Of a stretch of DNA of 27,728 nucleotides, positions 25,593 to 27,728 are shown piece after piece. Origin of the DNA: a virus (lineage: Duplodnaviria; Caudoviricetes). The notes beneath the pieces are model-generated. The model was not told the origin of the DNA, made no database searches, and saw only the letters and a list, made by a program, of their open reading frames with translations. Every line of letters begins with the position of its first letter. Within the stretch, counting starts at the first letter, position 1. The position numbers and the translations under genes were made by a program. Location: positions 1 to 27,728 of the IMG/VR virus record IMGVR_UViG_3300037420_000617; one strand, written 5' to 3'.

Positions 25593-25780
25593 GCTTCGCT
25601 CACTTGCGCCGCTTCACGCGCTTTTGTTTCAGCCCAAGTCAGACGGCCAGCCGGGCAGTAGATGCTCCAAGGCTGGCAAATCGGACCATTTGCGAGCCAT
25701 TGCAGAAAGCTCGGTATCTCTTCCTCATGGGCGATTTCGAGTTGCCGGCGCGCCCAATTTCTGCGCTGTTCCAAACTCAT
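25589..25780 (-). CDS. Hypothetical protein
   Basis: 63 aa with ATGA overlaps on both sides. Confidence 0.55.
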   Translation of the reverse strand: MSLEQRRNWARRQLEIAHEEEIPSFLQWLANGPICQPWSIYCPAGRLTWAETKAREAAQVSEA

Positions 25781-26100
25781 GCCGCCCTCTCCTCGGGAAC
25801 TGGGCGCGTGAGCGGCAGCGTGCGTTGGCGAGCGCGAAAAGCCTTCTCTGCCTCATCCAAGTTGAAGATCAATCGATCAGCAAGCTCAGGCCATTCGGCA
25901 ACCGCCTTCAGCCAACATGATGCTGGCATTTCGGTGTCCGTGCAGATGTAGGCGTGGACCGATTGGGGCTCGCGCTCGATCACCTTGCCGATTGACTTTA
26001 AAGTCAACTCCGGGTGCGCGTTCTTGTGCTGCAAGAGCGTGACCGCCATTGCGGCTTGGATCGCATCGCAATCGTATTTCGTGATTATTGAAGCGCTCAT
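25777..26100 (-). CDS. CII-like / HTH regulatory protein
   Basis: 107 aa; HTH-like 'LTLKSIGKVIEREPQSVHAYI'; second gene downstream of cro. Confidence 0.5.
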   Translation of the reverse strand: MSASIITKYDCDAIQAAMAVTLLQHKNAHPELTLKSIGKVIEREPQSVHAYICTDTEMPASCWLKAVAEWPELADRLIFNLDEAEKAFRARQRTLPLTRPVPEERAA

Positions 26101-26336
26101 GGGATAATTACGCTCCCGTCATGGTGCGAATGACGTGCGAAACTTTGTGTGCTGGCGGCGTCGGCTGTCTCCTCCCCCGATGGCCGTGCCGTCAGCACCA
26201 AACCTTCAGGCAAATGCGGGAAGTCTCCGAACGCATCGTCCTCGCGAGCCCACGTTTGAGCATCGGCAAGGATCTTGATCGCACCGAATACGGAAGCGAT
26301 TGCGATTGCAGCGAGAAACAGTTCCTCCCCCGACAT
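26097..26336 (-). CDS. Hypothetical protein with an N-terminal transmembrane segment
   Basis: 79 aa, 'LFLAAIAIASVFGAIKILA'; AAGGA RBS. Confidence 0.55.
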   Translation of the reverse strand: MSGEELFLAAIAIASVFGAIKILADAQTWAREDDAFGDFPHLPEGLVLTARPSGEETADAASTQSFARHSHHDGSVIIP

Positions 26337-26363
26337 CGCTGCTATCCTTCTGCCATGAAGTGC

Positions 26364-26418
26364 GGGCGAGTCCGTGGGGGCATCCCGAACTCGCCCATCG
26401 CCAGACAGGGGCTGGCGA
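26364..26418 (-). promoter_or_regulatory. Twin stem-loop element just downstream of cro
   Basis: TCGCCAG-7nt-CTGGCGA, one nt, GGGCGAGT-...-ACTCGCCC; no U-tract. Confidence 0.5.
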
Positions 26419-26424
26419 ATAGGG

Positions 26425-26634
26425 TCATGCTGCTAATTTTCTGAGAGTTGCGATTTCCTCGTCGGTGGCCCCGACGAGCGGACCAAGCTTAACCTGAGCA
26501 AGGTCGAAGAACCGTAGAGCCAGTTCGAGCGAAGGCTTTCGAGCCCCGCTCAGCAACTGACTTGCATACGCCACACTGACGTTGAGCTTCCCGGCTAGGT
26601 CAGTAGGGCGGATTTGGTCCGGCTTGTCCTGCAT
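26425..26634 (-). CDS. cro: Cro-like HTH repressor
   Basis: 69 aa XRE-type HTH 'TDLAGKLNVSVAYASQLLSGARKPSLELA'; divergent from cI. Confidence 0.8.
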   Translation of the reverse strand: MQDKPDQIRPTDLAGKLNVSVAYASQLLSGARKPSLELALRFFDLAQVKLGPLVGATDEEIATLRKLAA

Positions 26635-26646
26635 GGTTTAACCATT

Positions 26647-26719
26647 TAGCAGGATTGCTACGCCGTGCAAACAATTTCTTTGCAACATTGCTGCGAGCCA
26701 CAGTTTAGCATCCCCGCTA
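26647..26719. promoter_or_regulatory. OR operator cluster with divergent PR/PRM promoters
   Basis: TAGCAggatTGCTA (26647-26660), TTGCAacatTGCTG (26680-26693), TAGCAtcccCGCTA (26706-26719); PR-like TTGCAC-N16-TAAATG on minus; PRM-like -10 TAATAT at 26718-26723. Confidence 0.75.
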
Positions 26720-26730
26720 ATATAGTGGCC

Positions 26731-27441
26731 ATGGATGAGCTCGCTGCGGATCACCGCTTAATCAAGGAATTGGTCGACTCCGAAGGCGGCGGGGTGCCGA
26801 GCCGTGTCGCGAAGGAAATCGGCGTGGCCGCATCCACGATCAACCGGCATTACAATGGGACCGCACAAACCAAGATCAGCCGGCCAATCCTCGACAAGCT
26901 ACGGGAACGATATCCGGGCTTTCATGGTTGGTTAACTTTAGGCAGTATGGTTCGTACTGAAGTCTCGGGGTTCGGGGATAGGCCGTTCGAGGAGAAATAT
27001 GGCGACGCTCCTCTGCCGACCATTCCCCTTGTAGGATCGGCCATCGGCATGAAGTCGTTCGATCCAGAGCGTGACATAGAGCTGACGGAACTCGACATGG
27101 GTGACGTGCTCGATCAAGTCGCGCGTCCGGCGAGCTTGGCCCGCGACAAGCAGGCCTATGCCCTCACCATCATTGGCGATTCGATGTTTCCACGGTTCGA
27201 GCCTGGACGGCGCGTGATCGTCAGCCCGAGGGCCCCAATCTCAATCAATGATGACGTGATTGTTCAACTCAAGAGCGGCAACGGAGATGACGCCGATCGG
27301 GTTTCGACCGTTCTCATCAAGAGATTGGTCCGCAGATCCGCCAGCTTCATTGAGCTTCGGCAATTCAATCCCGATGTGACGTTTCAGGTAGAACAGAAGC
27401 GCATCGCGGCGATCCACAAGGTCGTCGGGGAGGTTTACTGA
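26731..27441 (+). CDS. cI: CI-like phage repressor (HTH + S24 peptidase)
   Basis: Start re-called to ATG 26731 (236 aa); HTH 'SRVAKEIGVAASTINRHYNG'; catalytic 'GDSMFPRF' and 'VLIKRL'. Confidence 0.85.
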   Translation: MDELAADHRLIKELVDSEGGGVPSRVAKEIGVAASTINRHYNGTAQTKISRPILDKLRERYPGFHGWLTLGSMVRTEVSGFGDRPFEEKYGDAPLPTIPLVGSAIGMKSFDPERDIELTELDMGDVLDQVARPASLARDKQAYALTIIGDSMFPRFEPGRRVIVSPRAPISINDDVIVQLKSGNGDDADRVSTVLIKRLVRRSASFIELRQFNPDVTFQVEQKRIAAIHKVVGEVY

Positions 27442-27647
27442 TGCTGACCCTCATCATGGCCGCCGCAGCGCACGCCAAGCTCATTATCGTCGGGCATCCG
27501 CAGAGCACCGTCATAGACTATCCGACCATGGCGCGCTGCCTCGCTGCGAAAGCGGAGATCGAGCGCCAATTCGAGACCGAATACCAGCGGGATCTGGCCC
27601 GTGGCATCATGAGAACGCCGCCGCAAATCTATTGCGTCCCCTCCTGA
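27441..27647 (+). CDS. Small exported protein co-transcribed with cI
   Basis: 68 aa, TGATG coupling to cI, signal-like 'MLTLIMAAAAHA', two Cys. Confidence 0.6.
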   Translation: MLTLIMAAAAHAKLIIVGHPQSTVIDYPTMARCLAAKAEIERQFETEYQRDLARGIMRTPPQIYCVPS

Positions 27648-27655
27648 AAATAATT

Positions 27656-27706
27656 TAGCAACATTGCCAATTAGGGCTTGCATCGCTTAGCATTCGTGCT
27701 AATTAA
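27656..27706 (+). promoter_or_regulatory. OL operators and PL-like promoter
   Basis: TAGCAacatTGCCA (27656-27669) and TAGCAttcgTGCTA (27688-27701); TTGCAT-N16-TAATTA with the operator in the spacer, the same layout as PR. Confidence 0.7.
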
Positions 27707-27728
27707 TGCTCACTAACCGAATAGATCG

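Noticed and set aside
26665-26730. Longer cI start (258 aa)
   Set aside because: The extension runs through the operator/promoter region; ATG 26731 fits a leaderless start
27699-27718. CtrA full site at PL
   Set aside because: Spacing is TTAA-N6-CTAAC, not TTAA-N7-TTAA
1-27728. tRNA, rRNA, CRISPR array, integrase, lysis cassette, transposase, reverse transcriptase/DGR
   Set aside because: None recognisable by eye in this window; integrase and lysis genes probably lie outside it

Overview
The window is a 27.7-kb segment of a GC-rich temperate podovirus-type phage or prophage with a P22-like tail and ejection gene order. The host is probably an alphaproteobacterium such as a sphingomonad; this is inferred from protein style only. 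Almost all genes lie on the minus strand. From right to left: a cI (HTH + S24 peptidase)/cro switch with TAGCA-N4-TGCTA operators; a tightly coupled early operon (CII-like, RusA-like, Cys-rich GP88-like, DnaA domain IV protein, DUF1376 replication initiator with internal iterons) running with no gap into terS/terL; portal; a GroES-like co-chaperonin; a three-gene fibre/beta-helix cassette; scaffold; minor and major capsid; gp4- and gp10-like tail hub proteins; a tail needle-position protein ending in an intein-like Hint domain; a gp14-like GNAT; four ejection proteins; and the N-terminus of a tailspike. The most notable observations are: (1) the Hint (C...HN/T) domain on the needle-position protein; (2) three late-promoter-like elements sharing CTRACATTATTT-N23-TAnnnT, one positioned to unmask an RBS-sequestering hairpin; (3) a put-like twin hairpin after cro; (4) a possible pseudoknot over the tailspike start. 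All family assignments come from motif recognition and synteny, not database searches.
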